Positions 56,622 through 64,000 of a stretch of DNA of 64,000 nt are shown in pieces. The stretch comes from Phycisphaeraceae bacterium. Lineage in GTDB: Bacteria; Planctomycetota; Phycisphaerae; Phycisphaerales; UBA1924. Numbering within the stretch: position 1 is the stretch's first letter; each line of letters opens with the position of its first letter. The position numbers and the translations under genes were made by a program. The stretch covers positions 35,655 through 99,654 of the forward strand of contig JAHBWV010000002.1 of assembly GCA_019636845.1 (NCBI GenBank), read 5' to 3'. A model generated the notes under the pieces. It was not told where the DNA came from, made no database searches, and saw only the letters and a program-made list of their open reading frames with translations.

Positions 56622-57671
56622 TCACTCGGGGTCGCGGAGGTCGTCGATGGATGGCGGGGGCTTGGGCTCACCTCGGGTCCGCTCGCGCTGCATTCTGGTG
56701 CGCATCTTCTCGGCGGCCTCGCGTCGCTCTTCGGGCGACATCTCGCTGAGGCGGCGGGCCATCTCCTCGCGGGCTTCGGGGCTCATGCGTGCGCCCGGGC
56801 CGCTTAGCTCGGGGGCGGGTCCGCCCTGATTGGCACCCTCGCGGCGCTTGTTGAGGTATTGCTCGACGCGCCGGTCGAGATCGGCATCCATGCCCTCAGC
56901 CTCGATGCGATCGAGTTCCTGCCTGACGATGACCCGCTGGGCGTCGTTGAGGACGGACCAGAGGCGGGTCTGCATCTCATCGGCCTGGGCTCTGAGGCGT
57001 TGTTCGAGTTCCGGATTGGGTCCCCGGGCGGGACGCGGGCCGTCGGTGCCATCCGCCGCGGGGCGGGCCGGACGCTGCTGGGGCGGGCCTTTGGGCTCAC
57101 CTTCGGCGCGTTGGTCAGGACCTCCCTCGCGGCCGGCCTGGGGACCGGGTTGCGGGCGTTGGCGGCGCGGCCCGTCGGCGTTGGCCGGTCTCTCGCCATC
57201 GGGTGGTGCGTTGCGCTGGGCGCGGGGGCCGGGCTGTTGGGCGGGTCGGTCTCCGGGGCCGCGGCCCTGGGCGTTGGATGCACGCTCGCGGACCTGTGAT
57301 TCGATCTGAGCGCGCATCTGGCGGCGTTGCTCGCTCATGATGGATTCGATCTGCTCGTGCTGCTGCTCGGAGAGGCGGAGTGCGTCGGGCGTGTCCTCGC
57401 GGTCGAGGACCTGGATCGCGCTGAAGAATGAGCGCATCGGCGCGGGGCGTCTGGCGATACGGTCTTTGCCCATGCGCTCGCCTCCCCCGAAATCGCCTCC
57501 GACGCCCGGGGGCTTCGGGCGATCGGCGCGCGGTCCTTCGAGGACGGGGGGTTGATCGGGTCGAGCGGCTTCGGGTGCGCGTCGTCCCTGCTGGTTCTGG
57601 GCAAGGGCGGGGAGGGCGAGGCCGCAGGCGGCTGCGAGCCAGATTGCGGTGATGACTCGTCGGTTGTTCAT
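56622..57671 (-). CDS. Periplasmic low-complexity protein, Spy/CpxP-like (LTxxQ-type motifs)
   Basis: The signal peptide is MNNRRVITAIWLAAACGLALPALAQ. Motifs LSEQQHEQI and LNDAQRVIVRQEL are present, with long P/G/R/Q-rich linkers. AGGAG lies 6 nt upstream of the ATG. Confidence 0.6.
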   Translation of the reverse strand: MNNRRVITAIWLAAACGLALPALAQNQQGRRAPEAARPDQPPVLEGPRADRPKPPGVGGDFGGGERMGKDRIARRPAPMRSFFSAIQVLDREDTPDALRLSEQQHEQIESIMSEQRRQMRAQIESQVRERASNAQGRGPGDRPAQQPGPRAQRNAPPDGERPANADGPRRQRPQPGPQAGREGGPDQRAEGEPKGPPQQRPARPAADGTDGPRPARGPNPELEQRLRAQADEMQTRLWSVLNDAQRVIVRQELDRIEAEGMDADLDRRVEQYLNKRREGANQGGPAPELSGPGARMSPEAREEMARRLSEMSPEERREAAEKMRTRMQRERTRGEPKPPPSIDDLRDPE

Positions 57672-57841
57672 GTGGGGCTCCTGTGTGTTCGGGAGGGTGC
57701 TGCTCCGGGTTGGGCTTGGGCCTCCGCGATGCTCAACGCTCCGGGTGGGCGTGCATTGCACATTCCTACCATCGACCGTGCGTGTCGTTGTTGTGTTGCC
57801 GGGCTTGCGCTGAGCCCGGAAGGTTCTCCGGAGAAGGCCCC

Positions 57842-59104
57842 ATGTCCATGACAAAGGATTCCCTGCGTGCGGTTCTCGGACCCCTTCCGGTTGGTGCGGG
57901 GAGGGGGACGATCGAGCAGGCAGGGTTGCTGGAATGGGTGTCTGTCTGCGAGTCGTTTGTCAGTGTGAAGTTGAACGATCCGGGCGTGGCAGAGCGCGAA
58001 CCGCTGGCGGGTCGTATCGGCGCGGCGGTCTCGGCGCACGCGCGGGCTGTGGGCGTTGGTCTTCAATCGCTGATCGTCGAGTTTGTCGATTCGGCCGGGA
58101 GCGTGGTGCACACCTCGCGGTTCGGGGAGGGGAGTTCGGCTTCAACGGTGGCCGCGGCACCGGGGGGTGCAAGTGCGTCGGAGGGGCATCGTCCGATCGG
58201 CGGATTGGGACAGGCACCCGCGCAGACTGGATCGCAGACTGGATCCCAGACTGGGGCTTCACGCGCTCAGCATCCGCAGGACACGGCGAGCGGCTTGCCG
58301 GGCGTGCGCAGCGTGATCGCGGTCGGCGCGGGGAAGGGGGGCGTCGGGAAGTCGACGATCGCGGTGAATCTCGCGGTTGCGCTTGCGCGGCGCGGGCACG
58401 CGGTGGGGTTGCTTGACGGGGATATTTATGGTCCGTCGCTGCCGACGCTGCTCGGGCTTGGTGCGATGGAGCAGGTGGTGATGCAGGGGATGTTGCAGCC
58501 GTTTCTGGTGCATGGCGTGAAGGCGATCACGCTCGGGAAGCTGGTGGATGCGGAGAAGCCGCTGATCTGGCGCGGGCCGATGGCGCACGGCGCGTTCAAG
58601 CAATTGACCGAGCAGACGAGCTGGGGCGAGCTGGATTATCTCGTCATCGACTTGCCGCCGGGGACGGGAGACGTGTCGCTGACGCTTGCGCAGACGCTGC
58701 GGCTGTCGGGCGCGGTGGTGGTGTGCACGCCTCAGAAGGTGGCGCAGGACGACGCGGTGCGTGCGGCCCGGATGTTCCAGCAACTGGGCATCGACGTGCT
58801 GGGTGTGGTCGAGAACATGTCGTGGTTCATCGGCGATGATGGGAAGGAGTACGACATCTTCGGTCGTGGGGGCGCTCAGGTGATGGCGCAGCGTCTTGGG
58901 CTGCCGTTCCTGGGGGCGGTGCCGCTCAACATGGCGTTGCGTGCGAATTCGGACAGGGGAGAGCCGCTGAAGAACTTTGATGCGGGTGTTGTGGGTTCGG
59001 CATTGTCGGGCGCGTTGGAGGCGGTCGCGACGCGGGTGGAGCAGGAGATCGCGATTGCGGAGATGCGTCGGGGGACGCGCGTGCCGACGCTGACGGTGTC
59101 GTGA
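57842..59104 (+). CDS. mrp: Mrp/NBP35 (ApbC) family Fe-S cluster carrier ATPase
   Basis: The deviant Walker A is GAGKGGVGKST, with DLPPGTGD and CTPQ. The N-terminus is a DUF59-like domain. Confidence 0.9.
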   Translation: MSMTKDSLRAVLGPLPVGAGRGTIEQAGLLEWVSVCESFVSVKLNDPGVAEREPLAGRIGAAVSAHARAVGVGLQSLIVEFVDSAGSVVHTSRFGEGSSASTVAAAPGGASASEGHRPIGGLGQAPAQTGSQTGSQTGASRAQHPQDTASGLPGVRSVIAVGAGKGGVGKSTIAVNLAVALARRGHAVGLLDGDIYGPSLPTLLGLGAMEQVVMQGMLQPFLVHGVKAITLGKLVDAEKPLIWRGPMAHGAFKQLTEQTSWGELDYLVIDLPPGTGDVSLTLAQTLRLSGAVVVCTPQKVAQDDAVRAARMFQQLGIDVLGVVENMSWFIGDDGKEYDIFGRGGAQVMAQRLGLPFLGAVPLNMALRANSDRGEPLKNFDAGVVGSALSGALEAVATRVEQEIAIAEMRRGTRVPTLTVS

Positions 59105-59364
59105 TGCAAGTACTTGCTGTGGATGATCTTGGGCGAGTTGGCCTGGCGAGTGACCGCGAGACGGCGGGCAGGATTCACACACGATTGTCTCGATTCGCGG
59201 GCGACTTCTTGGTATGACTCTGCGTGTCGGTTTCGGGGTTTCGCGATCTTCTCTCTGATTCCCGTGCGGACCCATGGAGTGGATTGTGCGCGGGGGGGGT
59301 CTGACGATTCCCCGCGGCGGAGCGACGGGGCCAGCACACCTGAACGTACAAGGAGCAATCGTCC

Positions 59365-59898
59365 ATGGCGAAGAAGAAGAACAAGAAGCCGGAGAAGGCG
59401 TCCGGCAAGGGCAAGAAGGAGTCCGCGAAGAAGGGCTCCGGAGGAAAGGCGAAGAAGGGCGGCAAGTCGAAGGGTACGAAGCAGCCGAAGAACCCGAGGC
59501 CGATCTCTTCTGGCAAGGGGAAGCCGGTTGCGGAGATCGCGGCGGCGACGATGGAGCACCTGCGATCCGGCAAGCCGGACAGCGAGTTGTGGGCGGCGCA
59601 CTTCTCATCGAAGTTCATGTCGATCGAGGGCTCGGGCCAGGGGTGGAAGGGCGTGAAGGCCGTCAAGCAGAAGTGCGACGAGTGGATGTCGCAGCACGAG
59701 ATCCATGGCGTGCAGTTCGAGGGGCCGTACGTCGGCGCGACGGGCTTCTCGGTCAAGTACACGCTCGATGTGACGAACAAGGCGAGCGGCCAGCGGTTCA
59801 GCATGTCCGAGGTCGGCGTCTACACCGTCGAGAAGGGGAAGGTTGTGCAGGAGGAGTTCATGTACTTCAGCCCGACGGACACGGCGCCCGCTTCCTGA
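59365..59898 (+). CDS. Lys-rich N-terminal tail plus an NTF2/SnoaL-like domain protein
   Basis: AAGGAG lies 9 nt upstream. The N-terminus is MAKKKNKKPEKASGKGKKESAKKGSGGKAKKGGKSKG. The C-terminal ~120 aa have an alpha+beta cone-like pattern (...YTVEKGKVVQEEFMY). Confidence 0.55.
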   Translation: MAKKKNKKPEKASGKGKKESAKKGSGGKAKKGGKSKGTKQPKNPRPISSGKGKPVAEIAAATMEHLRSGKPDSELWAAHFSSKFMSIEGSGQGWKGVKAVKQKCDEWMSQHEIHGVQFEGPYVGATGFSVKYTLDVTNKASGQRFSMSEVGVYTVEKGKVVQEEFMYFSPTDTAPAS

Positions 59899-59924
59899 TC
59901 GCGGATCAGCGGCGATGAATCGAG

Positions 59925-59957
59925 CAAGGCCCGGAGCGGTTCACACGCCGGGCCTTG
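59925..59957. terminator. Bidirectional terminator hairpin between convergent genes
   Basis: A perfect 10-bp stem pairs CAAGGCCCGG (59925-59934) with CCGGGCCTTG (59948-59957). Confidence 0.6.
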
Positions 59958-59995
59958 TGCGTTGATTGGAGCGCGAAGAGCGAGTGGATATCGGC

Positions 59996-60757
59996 TTACT
60001 GCGCCGTGATGCCGCCATCCACCAGCAGCGATGTGCCGGTGACGAAACTCGATTCATCGCTGAGCAGGAAGAGGATGGGCGCGGCGATCTCTGCCGATTG
60101 AGCGATACGCCCAACGGGGTGGAACGCGGCGAACGCCTTCTTGGCCTCGTCACCGACGAACGCGCGGGCGTTCATCTCTGTCGCCACGCCGCCGGGCGCG
60201 ATCGTGTTCACGCGGATGCCCTTCTGGGCCAGTTCCAGCGCGACCGACTTGGTGATTCCCTCGACGGCGTGCTTGCTGCCGGTATAGACGTGCATGTGCG
60301 CCATGCCGACGTGCCCGAGTCCGGACGTGATGTTGACGATGGAGCCGCCGCCGGACCTGAGCATCGCCGGCACCTGGTGTTTCATGCCCATCAAGACGCC
60401 CAGCACGTTGATCTCGAAGACCTGTTTGTAGTCGTCCGCCGAAGTCTCGGCGATGGGGCCGGCCCTGCCCTCGATCGCGGCGTTGTTCACCGCGCCGTCG
60501 AGCCGCCTGAATCGCTTCACCGTCTCATCGACCGTTCGCTTGTTGTCGGCTTCGAGCGCGTGGTCGGCACGGACGAAGAGGGCGGAGCCCGGCGCGATCG
60601 CGTTTGCTTCCTTCTCCAGGGCCTTGCCCATCTCTTCGCGGCGGCCCGTGAACGCGACCTTCGCGCCCTCGCGAGCCAGCGCGAGGACGGTCTCCTTTCC
60701 GATGCCGCTGGTCGCGCCGGTGACAAGCACAACCTTCCCGTTGAATCGCTGGGCCAT
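59996..60757 (-). CDS. Short-chain dehydrogenase/reductase (SDR)
   Basis: VLVTGATSGIGKE, NNAA, and the catalytic YTGSKHAVEG. AAGGAG lies 7 nt upstream of ATG 60757. Confidence 0.9.
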   Translation of the reverse strand: MAQRFNGKVVLVTGATSGIGKETVLALAREGAKVAFTGRREEMGKALEKEANAIAPGSALFVRADHALEADNKRTVDETVKRFRRLDGAVNNAAIEGRAGPIAETSADDYKQVFEINVLGVLMGMKHQVPAMLRSGGGSIVNITSGLGHVGMAHMHVYTGSKHAVEGITKSVALELAQKGIRVNTIAPGGVATEMNARAFVGDEAKKAFAAFHPVGRIAQSAEIAAPILFLLSDESSFVTGTSLLVDGGITAQ

Positions 60758-60857
60758 GAGAGTCTCCTTGATGGAGGCGGGCGCGTGGTTGAGGGGCCGG
60801 TCGGCCCTACGGGGTTCGGGATGGGACATGGATTCGATGCCGGCCGTGGAGTGCGGG

Positions 60858-61484
60858 TTACGCGTGGCGACCTTGTCTGCGTCGCGACCGTTCGTCGTTG
60901 ACGAGTTCGATTGCCTTTCTGATGGAGTCTTCGAGCACGTCGTTGACGATAAAGGCGTTGTAGATCCCGCATGTTCGGGCCTGCTCGATCTCGGCGCGGC
61001 CTTGCTCGTAGCGGCGTTGGATGATCTCTTCGGACTCGCGTTTGCGGCTGCGGAGCCGCTCGAGGAGCGAGCTCTCGCTGGGCGGAAGGATGTAGATGGC
61101 GTAGGCGTCGGGGATCTGCTGCTTCACGCTGATGGCGCCCTGGACGTCGATCTCAAGGATGACGAGGCGTCCGCGTTTGATCTGTTCGAGGACCCAGGCC
61201 TTGGGTGTGCCGTATTTTTTGCCGTAGACGCCGGCGGTTTCGAGGAACTCGCCGCGTGATTTCATGGTCTCGAAATCATCATCGGTGACGAAGCGGTAGT
61301 CGACGCCTTCCACATCGGCGTCGGTTCTCTGGCGTGTGGTGGCGGAGACGCTGAAGACTGATCCTGGGATGCCGCGCTCGACGCCGCGGGTGATGGTGGT
61401 CTTTCCCGCGCCGGAGGGTCCGCTGATGATGAGGACCATTCCGTCGTCGGTGTCTGTCGGGAGTCTGTGGGCGTGTTCGGGCAT
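60858..61484 (-). CDS. gmk: Guanylate kinase
   Basis: ISGPSGAGKTT, SATTRQRTDADVEGVDYRFV, and EIDVQGA. The start is ATG 61484. Confidence 0.9.
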   Translation of the reverse strand: MPEHAHRLPTDTDDGMVLIISGPSGAGKTTITRGVERGIPGSVFSVSATTRQRTDADVEGVDYRFVTDDDFETMKSRGEFLETAGVYGKKYGTPKAWVLEQIKRGRLVILEIDVQGAISVKQQIPDAYAIYILPPSESSLLERLRSRKRESEEIIQRRYEQGRAEIEQARTCGIYNAFIVNDVLEDSIRKAIELVNDERSRRRQGRHA

Positions 61485-61546
61485 TGGGCGACAGGATAGG
61501 GGCGTGGGGCGCAGAGGGGGCGAGGGGAGCGTGCGTGGGGGCGCGT

Positions 61547-64000
61547 TCAGCCGCCTCCGCCGCCGGGACGATTCGAGCCGGGGAGGTTCTTGAGCAGGTC
61601 CTGGAGTCCGCCTTCGATGAGCTTGCCGGGCTCCTTGATGAGGTTCTGGCCGGTTGTCTTGAGGAAGAGCTGGAGATCGGGCTTTGTATCGAGTTTGCCG
61701 CCGACGGTGCCGCTGGTGCGCCACGGGAGCATGGTGAGGCGTTCGATGGGTTTCACGGAGCCGCCGAGCAGCCCGCCGAGCCCGGTGTTGAAGAGTCCTG
61801 CGGCTTCGTCGGCGAGCGCGCCGGCGGGGATCCAGGTGAGGAAGTCGACGCGCTTGGTCACGAGGTCGTAGGTTCCTTCGGTGTCGATGTTGAACTCTCC
61901 GAGCGGCACGACGAAGCGGTCGTAGGAGACGACACCGTTGGTGATCTTGACGCGGAGGGGCTGGAGGCGTCTGCCGACCGTGCCTCGGTCTCGCTGTCCG
62001 ACGGTCTTGAGCACAGACTGGAACGCGCCGCCGGTCTCGAAGCGCACATCGCCGAGATCGAGCGTGAGGTCTCCGTTGAGGCGGCGGAGGTCTTCGGGTG
62101 TCTCGGTTGTGGTGGGGACTTCGAGGCGTGCGGTTGTGAGGGTTGCGGGGGCATCGGTGGCGCGCTTCTCGAGCGAGCCGACGAGCGGCACACCCTCGGT
62201 GAGCGAGTGGCCGAGCGCGGGGGTGATGATCTTGACCTGTGCTCCGGTGGAGCCGTCGGCGATGAAGAGTCCGTCTCGGATGGTGCCGCGGACGACGGCG
62301 TTCGCGTGATCGGCGTTGAGCGTTGCGGCGAGGCGTCCTGCGCGTTTGTTCAGGCGGTCGGCGTCGAGATCCATGTTGACGATGGGTCCGAGGAACTCGA
62401 CGAGGCGCCCGTCCTGATCGGCGATCGCATCGACGAGCGCGGTCGGAAGCCCGGCGATGTTGCCCTTTGCGGTGAGTTCGGCGTCATCGGGCGTGATGTT
62501 CCCGGCGGCGTCGGCGAGTTTGGTGATTGTGCCGTCGAATGTGACGGGCTTCGCACCCGCTGCGCTCGCGCCGACGGGGAGTGTGCGGAGCTTGAAGGTG
62601 ATCGCGCTGGGATCCGCGGGCGCGCGGGCGACACTGGCATTGATGTCTTTGAGCGTGATCTTGTTGCCATCGGCCATGGCGAGCGCGGCGTTGGCGATGC
62701 CGACGGAGGCGTCGAGGGCGAAGACGCCGGGGAGCATCGGGCCGATGGGCTTGCCGGTTGATTCGTTGTCGCCCATGGCGATGGCGAGGGATGTGAGCGC
62801 GATGGTGACGGGCGGGCCTTCGACGAAGCGGATGCTCGGCGCATCGGAGGGCGAAGCGGGCGACTGCCCGAGCATGTAGCGCGTGGCCCAGGCGGGCGAG
62901 GGCTTCCAGTCGATGGTGACGGGCTTGGCGAGCTCGAGGCGGTCGGGGCGGAGGCGGATGGTCGCGACATCGGAGAACGTCACGCGCTCGCTGGACATCC
63001 TGACGTTCACGCCGAGGTTCTTCAGGTCTTCGCCAGTGGGGAACTGGGCGAAGTTGGCGGTCGCGGCGGCTTGGAAGCGTGCGCCGAGCGAGCCGACGAG
63101 CATGTCGGGCGTGGCGAGAAAGCGGTCCACAAAGGCGGAGGAGACGTTCTCGACGCGCGCGCTGGCAGATGCGGGGCCTGCGGGCGCCGGGCCACGGAGC
63201 CCGACGTCGGCCGTTGCGACGATCGCGCCGATCGACTCGCCCTGCGGCTGCGCGAGCGAGGCGTTCAGAGAGACCGTGGCGCGCTCGGGCTTGCTGGTCT
63301 CGGGTGCCGGCGCGAGGGCGGCGAGCGGCGCGTCCGCCACGAGGCGGATGTTGGAGAGGTTGATGGGCCCGGTGCGACGGGCCGGCGTGTTCGGCTCGCT
63401 ACTCGCGATGACGAAGTCTGAGAACGAGGCGTTGCCCGTGACGCTGGCCTTGATGCGCTTGCCCGCGAGCTTGGTCTCGTCGAGCGCGGTGCCTCGCAGG
63501 GGGAGCACGAACGGATCGAGCGCGACATCGAACGAGGCGGGCGAGCTGAGGCGCGGGACGGAGGGGTTGTCCTTCGCGAGCGTTGCGAGCAGGCGTGGGG
63601 AGACGTTCGCCTTTGCGTTCACGGCTCCGACGGAGATCTCGTCGGGCTTGAGGGTGGCGGTGGAGGTCAGCGTGGTGCCGCTCGATGCGTTGATGGTGGC
63701 GCGGATGGCCGTGTTGGCGGCTTCGGGCGTTGCGGCCAGTTGTGCGCTCACGGTCTGGCCGAGGGCCTCGGTGATGAGTGAGGCGAGATCCTTGCCGGCC
63801 AGCGATGCGAGCACGGTGGGCACGTCGGCGAGCTCGATGCGTCCCTCGGGGCGCACGCCGGTGGCGTTGATCGAGCCGTCGGGGTTGAAGAGGTTGTTGA
63901 ACTTCAGTGCGCCGGAGGCGACGGACGGCTTGTCGCCGATGCTCATGCGGCTCTGGAGGTCGAGCGTGGGCGGGCCGCCGGGCGTGAGGGCGAGCGCGAG
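61547..64000 (-). CDS. AsmA/TamB-like large envelope protein (C-terminal 817 codons; N-terminus beyond the window end)
   Basis: The frame stays open from 63946 to 64000, so the ORF-track start is not the true start. It is a long beta-rich protein. The C-terminus VSYDRFVVPLGEFNIDTEGTYDLVTKRVDFLTWIP...LPWRTSGTVGG resembles AsmA-family C-terminal regions. Confidence 0.6.
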   Translation of the reverse strand, partial: LALALTPGGPPTLDLQSRMSIGDKPSVASGALKFNNLFNPDGSINATGVRPEGRIELADVPTVLASLAGKDLASLITEALGQTVSAQLAATPEAANTAIRATINASSGTTLTSTATLKPDEISVGAVNAKANVSPRLLATLAKDNPSVPRLSSPASFDVALDPFVLPLRGTALDETKLAGKRIKASVTGNASFSDFVIASSEPNTPARRTGPINLSNIRLVADAPLAALAPAPETSKPERATVSLNASLAQPQGESIGAIVATADVGLRGPAPAGPASASARVENVSSAFVDRFLATPDMLVGSLGARFQAAATANFAQFPTGEDLKNLGVNVRMSSERVTFSDVATIRLRPDRLELAKPVTIDWKPSPAWATRYMLGQSPASPSDAPSIRFVEGPPVTIALTSLAIAMGDNESTGKPIGPMLPGVFALDASVGIANAALAMADGNKITLKDINASVARAPADPSAITFKLRTLPVGASAAGAKPVTFDGTITKLADAAGNITPDDAELTAKGNIAGLPTALVDAIADQDGRLVEFLGPIVNMDLDADRLNKRAGRLAATLNADHANAVVRGTIRDGLFIADGSTGAQVKIITPALGHSLTEGVPLVGSLEKRATDAPATLTTARLEVPTTTETPEDLRRLNGDLTLDLGDVRFETGGAFQSVLKTVGQRDRGTVGRRLQPLRVKITNGVVSYDRFVVPLGEFNIDTEGTYDLVTKRVDFLTWIPAGALADEAAGLFNTGLGGLLGGSVKPIERLTMLPWRTSGTVGGKLDTKPDLQLFLKTTGQNLIKEPGKLIEGGLQDLLKNLPGSNRPGGGGG

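Overview
This is a high-GC bacterial chromosomal segment, gene-dense on both strands. The gene content suggests a Planctomycetota or Phycisphaerae-like diderm: ECF sigma factor plus WD40 Ser/Thr kinase, a PEP-CTERM protein, BamA, sulfotransferases and a RAYT. That taxonomic call is inference only.

I support about 52 protein-coding genes. They include dnaA, dnaN, mutM, tadA, tatC, gatCA, rplM-rpsI, bamA, hpf, tkt, gmk and mrp. Also present are a P1B-4 metal ATPase with an Rrf2 regulator, two ECF sigma modules, a ParE/Phd toxin-antitoxin pair, and a MoxR ATPase. A polysaccharide locus carries two sulfotransferases, a flippase and a polymerase-like protein. I saw no rRNA, tRNA or CRISPR array by eye.

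One real gene is missing from the supplied ORF track because it runs off the window start: 1-1261, minus strand, a signal peptide followed by Cys-rich tandem repeats.

The most unusual signals are:
- Strand composition switches polarity abruptly at about 32.3 kb, between dnaA and dnaN. A wrong-polarity block lies at about 15.5-23.65 kb, with sub-genic mosaic patches.
- A single RAYT (REP-associated tyrosine transposase) is flanked by inverted repeats, and two dispersed short-repeat families occur across the window. One palindromic element sits in frame inside the kinase gene.
- An orphan copy of a gene 3' end, about 75 bp, brackets a small opposite-strand cassette.
- A 14-nt motif is shared between the phd-parE promoter and a near-consensus promoter that drives a leaderless ORF.
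- A locus for a putative sulfated glycan sits next to two large uncharacterised secreted proteins.

All composition statements come from reading codons by eye, not from computation.
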